Shown here in pieces: positions 49,001 through 55,934 of a stretch of DNA of 64,000 nt. The stretch lies in the NCBI GenBank assembly GCA_031362865.1, contig JANLTH010000024.1:10985-74984 (forward strand). Reading direction: 5' to 3'. Origin of the DNA: Burkholderiales bacterium. Lineage in GTDB: Bacteria > Pseudomonadota > Gammaproteobacteria > Burkholderiales > JAEUOS01. Position numbers and translations under genes: made by a program. Under the pieces are notes generated by a model. It did no database searches. It saw only the letters and a list, made by a program, of their open reading frames with translations, and was not told the origin of the DNA. Position 1 is the first letter of the stretch, and each line of letters begins with the position of its first letter.

Positions 49001-52000
49001 CATCAACGGCTACTCCATCGGGGTGGCTTCGGCCAGCACCGGCATTGCCACGCTCGGCAACATCAACCTGAGCGCAGGAGCAGGCACGGTGTCGCAGACC
49101 CTGCCGATCCAGGGGGCCACGCTCATATTGAGCGGCGGCACGACCAGTTTCACGCTAAACGACACCTTTAACCACCTCACTTCATTGCAAGGCTCTAGCG
49201 GGCCGCTGCAATTCACCGACCGAGACGCGTTGACGATTGGCGCACTCACGGTCACTGGCGCGGCCACGAATACCTCGGTTACCAGTGGCAATATCGACTT
49301 CACGGGCGGCGCGTTCACCAGCAACAACAGCAACCTGACCATCAATACCGGCGGGTTGACCACGTTGGCCAACATCACCGGCGTGGCCACACTAACCACC
49401 GATGCACCCGGCACGGTACAACTGGGTGGCAGCATTGGTGCCACCACGATGAATATCCTCGAAAGCACCGGGCTCTCACTGTGCGGTTCGGTAGGCTCGG
49501 CGGGCACGGCATTTAGCATCCTAGGGCCAGTCACCTTGTGCGGCCCCACGACCATCACAGGCATCAGCATCACCTTCAACAGCACAGTGAATTCGGCAAC
49601 CGGCTTCAACCATTCGTTGTCAGTCAACAGCCCAGGCACGACCAGTTTCTTAGGCGCAGTCGGTGCTACCCAAGCACTCGGAAGTTTGTCTAGCGACCTA
49701 GGTGGCTCAACTGTTTTGCAAGCGGGCGCGAATACCACTGGCGCAATTACTGTGATGGATATCGCCAACCTCGGGGGCACTTTCAACAGCGTCGGCTTCA
49801 ACACGCAAAATGCCGTGTTGACAGATGCCACCACGGTCAACGCAGGCAGCGGCCAGGCTAGCTTTGGCTTGCTGAACGGCGGACACGCTCTAACCGTAAA
49901 TTCCTCCGGCAACACCGTGTTTTCGCTCGCCGTCGGCGGCACGACCCCGCTGACCAGCCTGACAACCGATGCCGCTGGTGCGACGCTGGTGCATAACAAC
50001 ATCACCAGCGGGACGATCACGTTCAACGACGCCACATCGTTGCGTGGTGTCACGAATAGCGCGACCTTCGCTGCGAATGGCGGGCTATCGGTGGGTACGA
50101 CCGCATCGGCGACCATCAATGCGGGTGCGATCACCATCGCAGGCGGCCTCAACGGCAACGGCGGTACTTTCGGCCTTGTGCTGAACAGCACCGGTCTCAC
50201 GTCGATCACTGGTGGCATTGGCGGCACAACCATGCTTCCGTCGATCACCACCAACGCAGGCGGCACGACCAGCGTGACCGGCAATATCAACGTGGGTGCG
50301 CTGATCTTGGGCGATGCATTTTCCTTCCAAGGCGGAACCGTGACATCGCTCGGCGTGCAGTTCTATACGGGCTTGAATTTGCTGGGCGCAAGCAGCTTTA
50401 CGTCCGGCTCTGGCTTCAACAACTCGGCGACTCTCAACGCCAACGGCAATAACCTTGTCATCACCACAGCAACGCCGTTCCAAGTCATTGGCCCCAACTT
50501 TCTCAACGTGAACCAGTTCACAGCGGGAGGGGCGGGCGGCCTGCATCTCAGCGGTGCCTTCACCACCATCGGTAACCAAACCTACAACACGCCGCTCACC
50601 CTGTTCGCCAACAGCAGCCTGTCAGGCGGCGCGGCCTCGGCGATTGCCTTTAACGGCCCGGTCAGTGGCGCATTTTCACTTGGCGTCAACGGCGGCACGA
50701 TCAGCCAAACCGCACCCATTTCAGTAAGCACACTCAATCTCACGGGCGCTTCAGGCATCGGCTTGACCAACGCGGCCAACTCATTTGGTGCCTTCAGCGC
50801 CACCTCCGGCGGTGTGATCGGCATCAACGCCAGCTCGGCCACCCTCACCGTCAATGGCATCAGCGCCACCGGTGCGGGCAACGTCGTGATCGCCAACACC
50901 GGTTCCATCGTCAACAATGGCCCAATCAACGTGGGCACAGGCACCTTTACCGAAGTAGCCACCGGCACGCTCATTAATAACGGCAGCACCACCAGCGGTG
51001 GCGCAGCACTGCTGTCGGGCTTGGGGCTCACTCTCGGCGGTGGCAGCAACATCAACTCAGGTAGCGGCCTCACGCTGAACAGTGGCACTGGGTTGCTCAC
51101 CACGGCAGGCAGCGTGAGCACCGGCAACACGCCGCTGGCGCTGATTGCCGACGAGCTGGCCTTAGGCGGCACACTCACAGCGGGCACCGGCACCGTGGTA
51201 ATCGACAGCTCCACCGCAGCACGCACCATCACGCTCGGTGCGCCAGGGGCTGGCACCTTGAGCATCAGCAACGCGGCACTTGGCGCCATCAACAGCGCGA
51301 GCAAACTTCAAATCGGCAGCAGCACCGTGCATACGGGGGCTTTGCGCGTGAACAGCGCGGTGACCACCGCGCGGCCCGAATTACTGTTGCTGACCAAGGG
51401 CGGCGCGATTGACATCAATGCTGGCATCAACGTGACCGGCGGCACGCTCACGGTCAACGCCGGAACCGGCAATTTCGCGGTTTCGCCCGCAGCGGCAGCC
51501 GGTGCGTTGGCGATCAACGCGAACAATGTCTTCTTCAACGGCGGCAACGTCAGCTTCAATGCTGGCAGTGCACTGAACCAGTCGGTCGCGGTCAACGCGG
51601 CAAATAATCTGACCGTGTTTAGCACCGGCGGCATCAACGTGCTCGGCGGCGGCGGGGCCGGTTCTTCAGCGGCACTGATCGCGGCCAACAATGTGACCTT
51701 GAACTCGACCGGTGCGCTGGTGGTGCAAGGCGGTAGCGGTGCGGGCGCGTTTGCCAAGGTTGACCCAGCTTTCGTTGAGGTCACCGCCGGTAGTGTGCAG
51801 CTCAAAGGCGGCGGCATCGGCGCGTATTCGCAGATTGCCGCTGACGTGGTCAATGTGCAGGCAACTGCGGGCAACGTGACCCTCGAAGGCGGCACTGGAG
51901 CCGGGGCCTCAGCCTCGATTGAAGCCAAAAACGGCGGCACGACGCTTACCACCCTTGCCAGCGGCCAGATCAACTTGGTCAGCGGCACGGGCACAGACAG

Positions 52001-52415
52001 CGATGCCGTGGTGCTGGCCACCAAATCCGCCCTGATTCAAACCGGCACTTGCACTGGCTGCGTGATCTTGACCACTGCCCCGGCAAGCAACGGCATCACT
52101 GAAACTGGCGTTCGCGGCAACCCCACAGTGTTGAACAACCTGATCTTCAACGTAGTGAACGGCGTGGTAATCAGCCAGTCGCTGGCCGATTTGACCGACC
52201 GGGAAACGCGCGCGCTGATTCGGTTGCTGAACAGCGACCTGGATAGCGTACGAGTGACCGGCAACCGATCTGAGCCAGGCACACAATCCCGGCCTCCCAG
52301 TGGGCAGGGCAGCGCCCAATCTGACAATGAGGGTTTTGAGAGCGCCATCGAAGGCGGCACACCCACCCGGTCGCGTACCGGCTCGGGCCAAGTTGTGCAA
52401 AGTTGCTCCCGTTAG
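43035..52415 (+). CDS. Giant TpsA exoprotein with N-terminal TPS (haemagglutination activity) secretion domain, 3126 aa
   Basis: NPTGPQVVAGQATV...LNWQSFSIG...SAVLNRVVG...GKVFLINPQGIVFGAGSKVDVGGLVASTLDISNQDF is the classic TPS domain (NPNGI-type motif present as NPQGI). The rest is G/A/T/S/N/V-rich and beta-helix-like. GTG 43035 or ATG 43044 could be the start. Confidence 0.9.
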   Translation: MNSMKSSSPILSLSIRIPAKPQQRQRLKLHALAVAAAFSSTVIAPGALANPTGPQVVAGQATVNAAGANLTVTNTAGAVLNWQSFSIGAKETTKFVQPNAQSAVLNRVVGINGAVDPSVIAGQLQSNGKVFLINPQGIVFGAGSKVDVGGLVASTLDISNQDFQAGRINLKAGPNGAGVVKVDAGANIATPTGGQVYLVGKDVSNSGIIRTPQGQVILAAGSEVQILDTSTPGVRVVFKADNNKAENLGEISAGSGQVGLYGAALRNKGIINADQISRDAQGRIVLKATKSVTLESGSTITANGAQGGTISITADGVAGQQAIKVEGNTLTSANGQAGAGGVVTLRAAAGLINVDQGAIITANGAPGGTVLIQANQGRATVSGEVSARGIAPVQTTLFKPAASQISVSGGDVVVGTMPSSSETVAPVAASHAIGGTVHVLGVEVGVYGSGALIDASGPAGGGTVLVGGDFQGKNASVQNARGTYFGADATIKADATLTGAGGTVIVWADVSTHAHGSIDVRGGASGGNGGFVETSGKEYLLATRAPLINARHSQSVHGQWLLDPDDLTISAAGDSGLVGTPPTYTSGGAPSNLSVATLNAALDAGGNVTATAGNAITVAANITKSTGADSTLVLSAGNGVAISGGVAISSSSNKLNFTAYGGATGGVSFLTGASLNTNNGDVLLVGNSNTTEGVRIDGANITAGTGTITMSGVTTVVAAAHGVEIKGGSQITGATITLNGTGNANFTAASQGVNIDGATTLVESTGAMTIVGVANASSNSHGVFVQNATLRATGSGLLSVSGSAATGSGNHGVFLLGNALIQASGTGALTVQGSAHATATNSDGVRVGGSSTIGINNVGSTALLTVSGYGGDGTGGGNSGVSVLTTGTVSHQGSGGVSLIGNIGNGSGANSTGVLVDGSGAVNSSGNLTINGQTSANAAAGRHGVKLGTSSVVQAQNGQLLLVGSSFGTGVGNHGIYITGAAQAIALGTGTISAQGSGAQIANGGYNIFIDSTAPSALSSAGQNIALAAQTMNIAGNINAGSGRVTLKPLVTTTPIDLGGADSPAGLGLTSAELNRVTAGVLQIGSAGYSGGITITTAIGPTGTSTLNLNNPGGTITQTTGSLTINSLHVDGLIVNLGSTSNSIQNLAARAQGAGGAALQVGSSANLFLTTVDSMSNVEHVSAHTGNITVLSGASVSQSGTGNILTNGGRLTATISSGPGAVTLTNAGNAVSRLYGSTQGGNFTFSNGGSFTVGDAAAVASSINTSGGSVTISALSGNVTLAAAPGSNTINSQSGIGQVVLNATGGSINVDGGISVPGTGSIGLNALTSITVTRGIATSGAGSVLLTATSAGGAISITGANGTINTATGGGAVQLAGDNIAISTGATVDAGVAGTVTLKPYDPTRQITVGPMLGVGLVLTNATLAAIAAPQGLYLGGASQTGDITFDGAVIPLATTNALFVHQAAGGAGAINFSGPSATILALSGANADFDAGMGGITQLPSVATAINGAGIVKLNTTGSIGSVAQALKFGATAPTSVVVGNSIMPLNVYVSGVNDLTMGAIQNRGELFVAANGNVTLAGAVVMQTTTGSGLFRADFDNNGIGTLTVQQPISTLSSAHVFDGTGSLTANNPALVFIGADMVINNTVTAALNGDISVRPSGIGRTIGLGSAVGANFTLDNAEIAQFSLSSSLPEGGQFIIGAASATSGAMTMDAANFGSRKVTLISQSTIDDTAAGQGASTSGQINILASGVIGGASGGGDGLTLGTPELRVSGSGGNNITIKASGVTNLTVRALKTGGGGNIALSSLTSIILNGRAGFLGESIGTTGALSISSAGSISQIAANISATTLATTSVGGTMINGITATNNFLSYSGSNTGAGGIAVVDSVASLNVGAITNAGAGSISLENKSGGLILTGAISNPGGLVSLLATGSINESTGSITALDLFAQTRNNTAAAIFLTGANDVTNVALRTMNAAADAVVAAPIHFTDINGYSIGVASASTGIATLGNINLSAGAGTVSQTLPIQGATLILSGGTTSFTLNDTFNHLTSLQGSSGPLQFTDRDALTIGALTVTGAATNTSVTSGNIDFTGGAFTSNNSNLTINTGGLTTLANITGVATLTTDAPGTVQLGGSIGATTMNILESTGLSLCGSVGSAGTAFSILGPVTLCGPTTITGISITFNSTVNSATGFNHSLSVNSPGTTSFLGAVGATQALGSLSSDLGGSTVLQAGANTTGAITVMDIANLGGTFNSVGFNTQNAVLTDATTVNAGSGQASFGLLNGGHALTVNSSGNTVFSLAVGGTTPLTSLTTDAAGATLVHNNITSGTITFNDATSLRGVTNSATFAANGGLSVGTTASATINAGAITIAGGLNGNGGTFGLVLNSTGLTSITGGIGGTTMLPSITTNAGGTTSVTGNINVGALILGDAFSFQGGTVTSLGVQFYTGLNLLGASSFTSGSGFNNSATLNANGNNLVITTATPFQVIGPNFLNVNQFTAGGAGGLHLSGAFTTIGNQTYNTPLTLFANSSLSGGAASAIAFNGPVSGAFSLGVNGGTISQTAPISVSTLNLTGASGIGLTNAANSFGAFSATSGGVIGINASSATLTVNGISATGAGNVVIANTGSIVNNGPINVGTGTFTEVATGTLINNGSTTSGGAALLSGLGLTLGGGSNINSGSGLTLNSGTGLLTTAGSVSTGNTPLALIADELALGGTLTAGTGTVVIDSSTAARTITLGAPGAGTLSISNAALGAINSASKLQIGSSTVHTGALRVNSAVTTARPELLLLTKGGAIDINAGINVTGGTLTVNAGTGNFAVSPAAAAGALAINANNVFFNGGNVSFNAGSALNQSVAVNAANNLTVFSTGGINVLGGGGAGSSAALIAANNVTLNSTGALVVQGGSGAGAFAKVDPAFVEVTAGSVQLKGGGIGAYSQIAADVVNVQATAGNVTLEGGTGAGASASIEAKNGGTTLTTLASGQINLVSGTGTDSDAVVLATKSALIQTGTCTGCVILTTAPASNGITETGVRGNPTVLNNLIFNVVNGVVISQSLADLTDRETRALIRLLNSDLDSVRVTGNRSEPGTQSRPPSGQGSAQSDNEGFESAIEGGTPTRSRTGSGQVVQSCSR

Positions 52416-52472
52416 GCGCCTAAGCCTGCCGCCTGCCGCCTAACGCCTACCACCCGCCCGAGGATCATCATC

Positions 52473-53204
52473 ATGCGAACTACTCCACTCTTTTTGCTCT
52501 TGGGTGCCTTAAGCTGCAGCTCGGCCGCTTTGGCCCAACCCGCTGCGGCTCCGGCGGCCGCCACCATCACCCACCTGTCAGGCACGGTGACGGCGCGGCG
52601 TGACGACGGCAGCCCGGCGCGGCTCTTAGGGGCGCGCTCACAGGTAGCCCCGGGTGAAACGATTTCAACCGCCAACGACACCTACGCGCGGATGAAATTT
52701 ACCGACGGCACTGAGGTTGTGCTCAAACCAGAGACGCGCTTCAAGATTGAGCAATTTCAGTTCGACGAGAAAGAGCCGCAGAAAGACAATATGGTCTTTG
52801 GCCTCCTCAAAGGCGGCCTGCGCTCGGTGTCGGGCTTGCTCGGCAAGCGCAGCCGCGAAAAGGTCACCTACACCACCGCCACGGCGACGGTAGGCATTCG
52901 CGGCACGCATTTTGGCATGCAGCAATGCAGCGACGACTGCGGCAACGTGCCCACGGTTTCCGGCTCCGCGCTCGAAAATGGCTTGCATGTGGATGTCGCC
53001 TCTGGGGCTGTCGTGGTGAGCAACGCCGGGGGCAATTTAGTGTTTCAAGCCGGGCAGTTCGGGTTTGTACAAAACGCCAATTCAGTGCCAGTGATCGTGC
53101 CGCCCAACCAAGGCTTTCGCGTAACGCTGCCACCGAATATCGCAGCCGCAGCAGGCGGTGGCCGCAGCGTAGGCGGGGCCGGGGCAGAAGCCTGTAGGCC
53201 GTAA
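52473..53204 (+). CDS. Secreted stand-alone FecR-domain protein
   Basis: Cleavable-looking signal MRTTPLFLLLGALSCSSAALAQP, then GTVTARRDDGS...VAPGETISTANDTYARMKFTDGTEVVLKPETRFKIEQF (FecR-domain pattern). It starts 57 nt after the tpsA stop. Confidence 0.7.
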   Translation: MRTTPLFLLLGALSCSSAALAQPAAAPAAATITHLSGTVTARRDDGSPARLLGARSQVAPGETISTANDTYARMKFTDGTEVVLKPETRFKIEQFQFDEKEPQKDNMVFGLLKGGLRSVSGLLGKRSREKVTYTTATATVGIRGTHFGMQQCSDDCGNVPTVSGSALENGLHVDVASGAVVVSNAGGNLVFQAGQFGFVQNANSVPVIVPPNQGFRVTLPPNIAAAAGGGRSVGGAGAEACRP

Positions 53205-53216
53205 TGCAGTAATAGT

Positions 53217-53266
53217 GCGAGCCTAGTGCTCGCGTGGGGAGCCACCTCGCGAGCACCGAGGCTCGC
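53217..53266. repeat. Long imperfect inverted repeat (REP-like / bidirectional terminator candidate)
   Basis: GCGAGCCTAGTGCTCGCG ... CGCGAGCACCGAGGCTCGC. The arms pair over about 17 bp with one internal bulge. It lies between convergent genes. Confidence 0.5.
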
Positions 53267-53317
53267 GCCACTGGTTTGAGATTCGAACACCTGAAGAAGC
53301 CCGCCCCGCGCGGCTCT

Positions 53318-54271
53318 TCAGCCTTTAACCAGCGCCAGACGCTCTAAGAACTTGGGCGGCGGCTGAAATCCCATCAGCCTGCTACCCCGAATCTCTTTGC
53401 CGTCGGTGGCGAAAAACAGCATCGCGGGTGGTCCCAGAACAAAATACTTCTTCATCACCGCCTTGTGCTCGGGGGTGTTCTTGGTCACGTCCATCTGAAT
53501 TTGGATCACCGGCAGCAGCGCTTCTTTCACCTGCGCATCGCTGAAGGTTTGCCGCTCCATCTGAACGCACGGCGCACACCAGTCGGCGTAGAAGTCGAGC
53601 ATCGCGAGGCGCTTGGTTCTTTCCAGGCGGCTCAAAACCAACTCCAAATCGGCCAAGGTCGCAACCCGAATCCACGCGCCGCGAGTGGTAATGCCTGAAG
53701 AGCCGCCTGAGACGGACTTCTTCGCGGCATCTGCTTGGTTCGCCTTATCTGGCGCGGCTTTTGCGGCATCGGCTTTGAATACCACCGTCACGATTGCTTC
53801 TTCAGGCGGGTAGCACACGCCAACATCGGCGCAGCCTTGTGATGTCACCTTCAGCGTTAGCTTCTCAGTCGCGCCGCTCACTGGCAAGCTGATCGCCACG
53901 GCGTCACGGTGGGTGCTTAAGGTTTTGCGAAAGGTCTCGTCATATTTTTTTATGCCCAGCGGGATCACCGCACGGCCCAACTTGGCACTTTTCGGCTCGA
54001 CTACGGCAAAGCGAAAATGGTCTCGATACATGTAATAGCCGGGCGCGATTTTGAATTGCACTGTGACCGTTTTCGCGTCTTTTGCCATTACCGAAATGGC
54101 AAAAGCTTCCCGCGGGTCAAGCAACTCCATGCGCCCGCTGCTGGGCTTGCCGGCCGCAGGTGTGGCGCTGGGCGTGGCGGCAGGCAAGGCATCCTTCAGC
54201 CCTTGCGCTTGTGCGATGCCGCTGATCGCGATAAAGCTGAGCAAGGCCGTCAAAAGTCGCACCAAATTCAA
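53318..54271 (-). CDS. DsbD-like protein with alpha (N-terminal) and gamma (thioredoxin) domains but no membrane beta domain
   Basis: Alpha domain: APGYYMYRDHFRF ... TSQGCADVGVCYPPEE. Gamma domain: LDFYADWCAPCVQMERQTFSD ... GPPAMLFF. The two are joined by a short Ala/Lys-rich linker. Only the N-terminal signal segment is hydrophobic. Confidence 0.75.
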   Translation of the reverse strand: MNLVRLLTALLSFIAISGIAQAQGLKDALPAATPSATPAAGKPSSGRMELLDPREAFAISVMAKDAKTVTVQFKIAPGYYMYRDHFRFAVVEPKSAKLGRAVIPLGIKKYDETFRKTLSTHRDAVAISLPVSGATEKLTLKVTSQGCADVGVCYPPEEAIVTVVFKADAAKAAPDKANQADAAKKSVSGGSSGITTRGAWIRVATLADLELVLSRLERTKRLAMLDFYADWCAPCVQMERQTFSDAQVKEALLPVIQIQMDVTKNTPEHKAVMKKYFVLGPPAMLFFATDGKEIRGSRLMGFQPPPKFLERLALVKG

Positions 54272-54609
54272 TCGCTCACCTCATTAACTTCGCCTACCAC
54301 CCAGCCCAAATACGCCGGCAGCCCAGCCACCACCGGTAACGCGATGATCTCGGGCACTTCATACGGATGCGCCGCACGAATCGACGCTTCAACCGCCGCG
54401 TAGCGCCTGCGTGTGGTCTTGATCAGCAGCGGCACTTCTTCCGCCGTTTCGATGCGGCCTTGCCAGAGATAAGTAGACCGCACCGGCGGGAGTTCGTTCA
54501 CGCAGGCTGCCTGCTTGTTTTCCAGCAGATGCGCCACCATCTTTGCAGCCGTTGCCCGATCGGGCGCATTGGTTAAGATGACGATGATCTCTTCCGCTGA
54601 TTTCTCCAA
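54268..54609 (-). CDS. cutA: Divalent-cation tolerance protein CutA
   Basis: VILTNAPD...AACVNELP.VRSTYLWQG.IE...E..LLIKT...HPYEVPEI is the CutA1 pattern. Confidence 0.88.
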   Translation of the reverse strand: MEKSAEEIIVILTNAPDRATAAKMVAHLLENKQAACVNELPPVRSTYLWQGRIETAEEVPLLIKTTRRRYAAVEASIRAAHPYEVPEIIALPVVAGLPAYLGWVVGEVNEVSD

Positions 54610-54631
54610 GCTTCACACTCCTTCACGTTCC

Positions 54632-55141
54632 ATGCGCGCCCTAATTGCCGTGTTGCTACGTTTTTTGATTCGCACCGTGCTGCGCCTCTTGCCCGTGATT
54701 GTATTGGTCTTCCCCTTTGTTGACCTGTTTTCCGCCTTCGCGGCAGTCGCAGCTTGGGACTGGGCGGCCTTTGCGTGGCTGGCCTTTGCCGCCCTGGCCG
54801 GCGTGCTGCTCCTGCGGCGTGAGCGCGCGCAACTGGGCCTGCGCCTGCAAAGCGTGATGCAGGTGGTGCGCCAACGGGCGGGTGCGGGCCAAGCTTCGGC
54901 CAAGCCCTTGGTGCGCGAGCTGCTGCGCGCGGCCGGCACCTTCATCGCCGCGTTGTTACTGATTTTTCCCGGGCTGGTGAGCGACCTGCTGGCAGTAGCC
55001 ATTCTGATTTTCGCCGCCTTTGCCGCACCCAAAGTGGTGGCCCCGGCAAACGACGAGCGCTTTACGCCCGACGGCGCGATTCAGGGCGACTACAAGGTCG
55101 TGGATGAGCCGCGCGCCAAGTTGCCACGTGAACCGCTATGA
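54632..55141 (+). CDS. fxsA: FxsA-family membrane protein
   Basis: Hydrophobic N-terminus and the LLIFPGLVSDLLAVAIL motif (the PG(F/L)xxD signature of FxsA). ATG 54632 chosen. Confidence 0.65.
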   Translation: MRALIAVLLRFLIRTVLRLLPVIVLVFPFVDLFSAFAAVAAWDWAAFAWLAFAALAGVLLLRRERAQLGLRLQSVMQVVRQRAGAGQASAKPLVRELLRAAGTFIAALLLIFPGLVSDLLAVAILIFAAFAAPKVVAPANDERFTPDGAIQGDYKVVDEPRAKLPREPL

Positions 55142-55927
55142 CAATAGCCTGCGCCGCGTAAGCACTACCGCCGCATAAAAGCCCAGCACACCGTAAACCA
55201 CCAGCACGCTCAGGTGCAAGGCGATTTGTTCCGGTACGCGGCCTTGCATCAAAGGCCGCGCCAGCAACACCGCATGGGTGAGCGGCAGGCACTCGGCAAT
55301 GTGTTGTAACCACCCCGGCAACTGCGTCAACGGGAAAAACACACCACTCAAAAAAGTCATCGGCGTAAGCACCACGGTGAAGTAGTAGGTGAAAAAATCG
55401 TAGCCCTTGGCCAAGGCATTGAGCACCAAAGCCAAGCCTGCAAACGAAAGCCCGGTCAGTACCACCAGCGGCAGCACCCAGAGTGACAGCGCACCGTTCA
55501 CCAGCCCCAGCGCCGCAATCACCACAAAGATCGCCACGCCGCTCATCAAACTTTTGGTAGCCGACCACACCAGCTCGCCCAACATCACGTCTTCCAGCGT
55601 GACCGGCGCATTCATGATGCCCTCCCAGGTGCGCTGCATTTGCATACGCGAAAAAGCCGAGTAGGTGGCCTCAAAAGTCGCCGCGTTCATCGCACTGGTA
55701 CACACATAGCCCGAAGCGAGAAAGACGATGTATTTCACACCTTCCACCTCGGGCAGCAACGCGCCCAAGCCATAACCAAATGCCACCAGTGCAATCATCG
55801 GGTCGGCAATGTTGCCCAGCACAGACGAGACTGCGAGCTTCTTCCACACCAAAAACATGCGCCGCCACACCGGGATGAAGCGCCAGGAAAGTCTTGGGAG
55901 GGTGAAGTCGTAACGCATAGTTTTCAT
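55136..55927 (-). CDS. ABC-2 type transporter permease (NodJ/YadH-like)
   Basis: Six-TM ABC-2 pattern immediately downstream of the ATPase gene. ATG 55927 chosen (MKTMRYDFTLP). Confidence 0.8.
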   Translation of the reverse strand: MKTMRYDFTLPRLSWRFIPVWRRMFLVWKKLAVSSVLGNIADPMIALVAFGYGLGALLPEVEGVKYIVFLASGYVCTSAMNAATFEATYSAFSRMQMQRTWEGIMNAPVTLEDVMLGELVWSATKSLMSGVAIFVVIAALGLVNGALSLWVLPLVVLTGLSFAGLALVLNALAKGYDFFTYYFTVVLTPMTFLSGVFFPLTQLPGWLQHIAECLPLTHAVLLARPLMQGRVPEQIALHLSVLVVYGVLGFYAAVVLTRRRLLS

Positions 55928-55934
55928 CGGCGTT

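Noticed and set aside
46298-52024. Series of long minus-strand ORFs inside tpsA (46298..46906, 47720..48634, 49010..50290, 50582..51304, 51308..52024)
   Set aside because: These are antisense to a gene made of GGN/GCN/ACN/AAC codons, which rarely yields stop codons on the opposite strand. The products are low-complexity Pro/Val/Ala strings with no motifs. The plus-strand TPS-domain protein explains the region.
43035-52415. Possibility that tpsA/tpsB is a CdiBAI contact-dependent inhibition system
   Set aside because: There is no VENN-type demarcation, no recognisable C-terminal toxin and no small immunity ORF downstream. The gene after tpsA is a secreted FecR-domain protein.
53270-53300. GATTCGAACAC string as a possible tRNA T-arm
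   Set aside because: No acceptor or anticodon stems can be drawn around it, and it does not match the GGTTCGAATCC consensus context.
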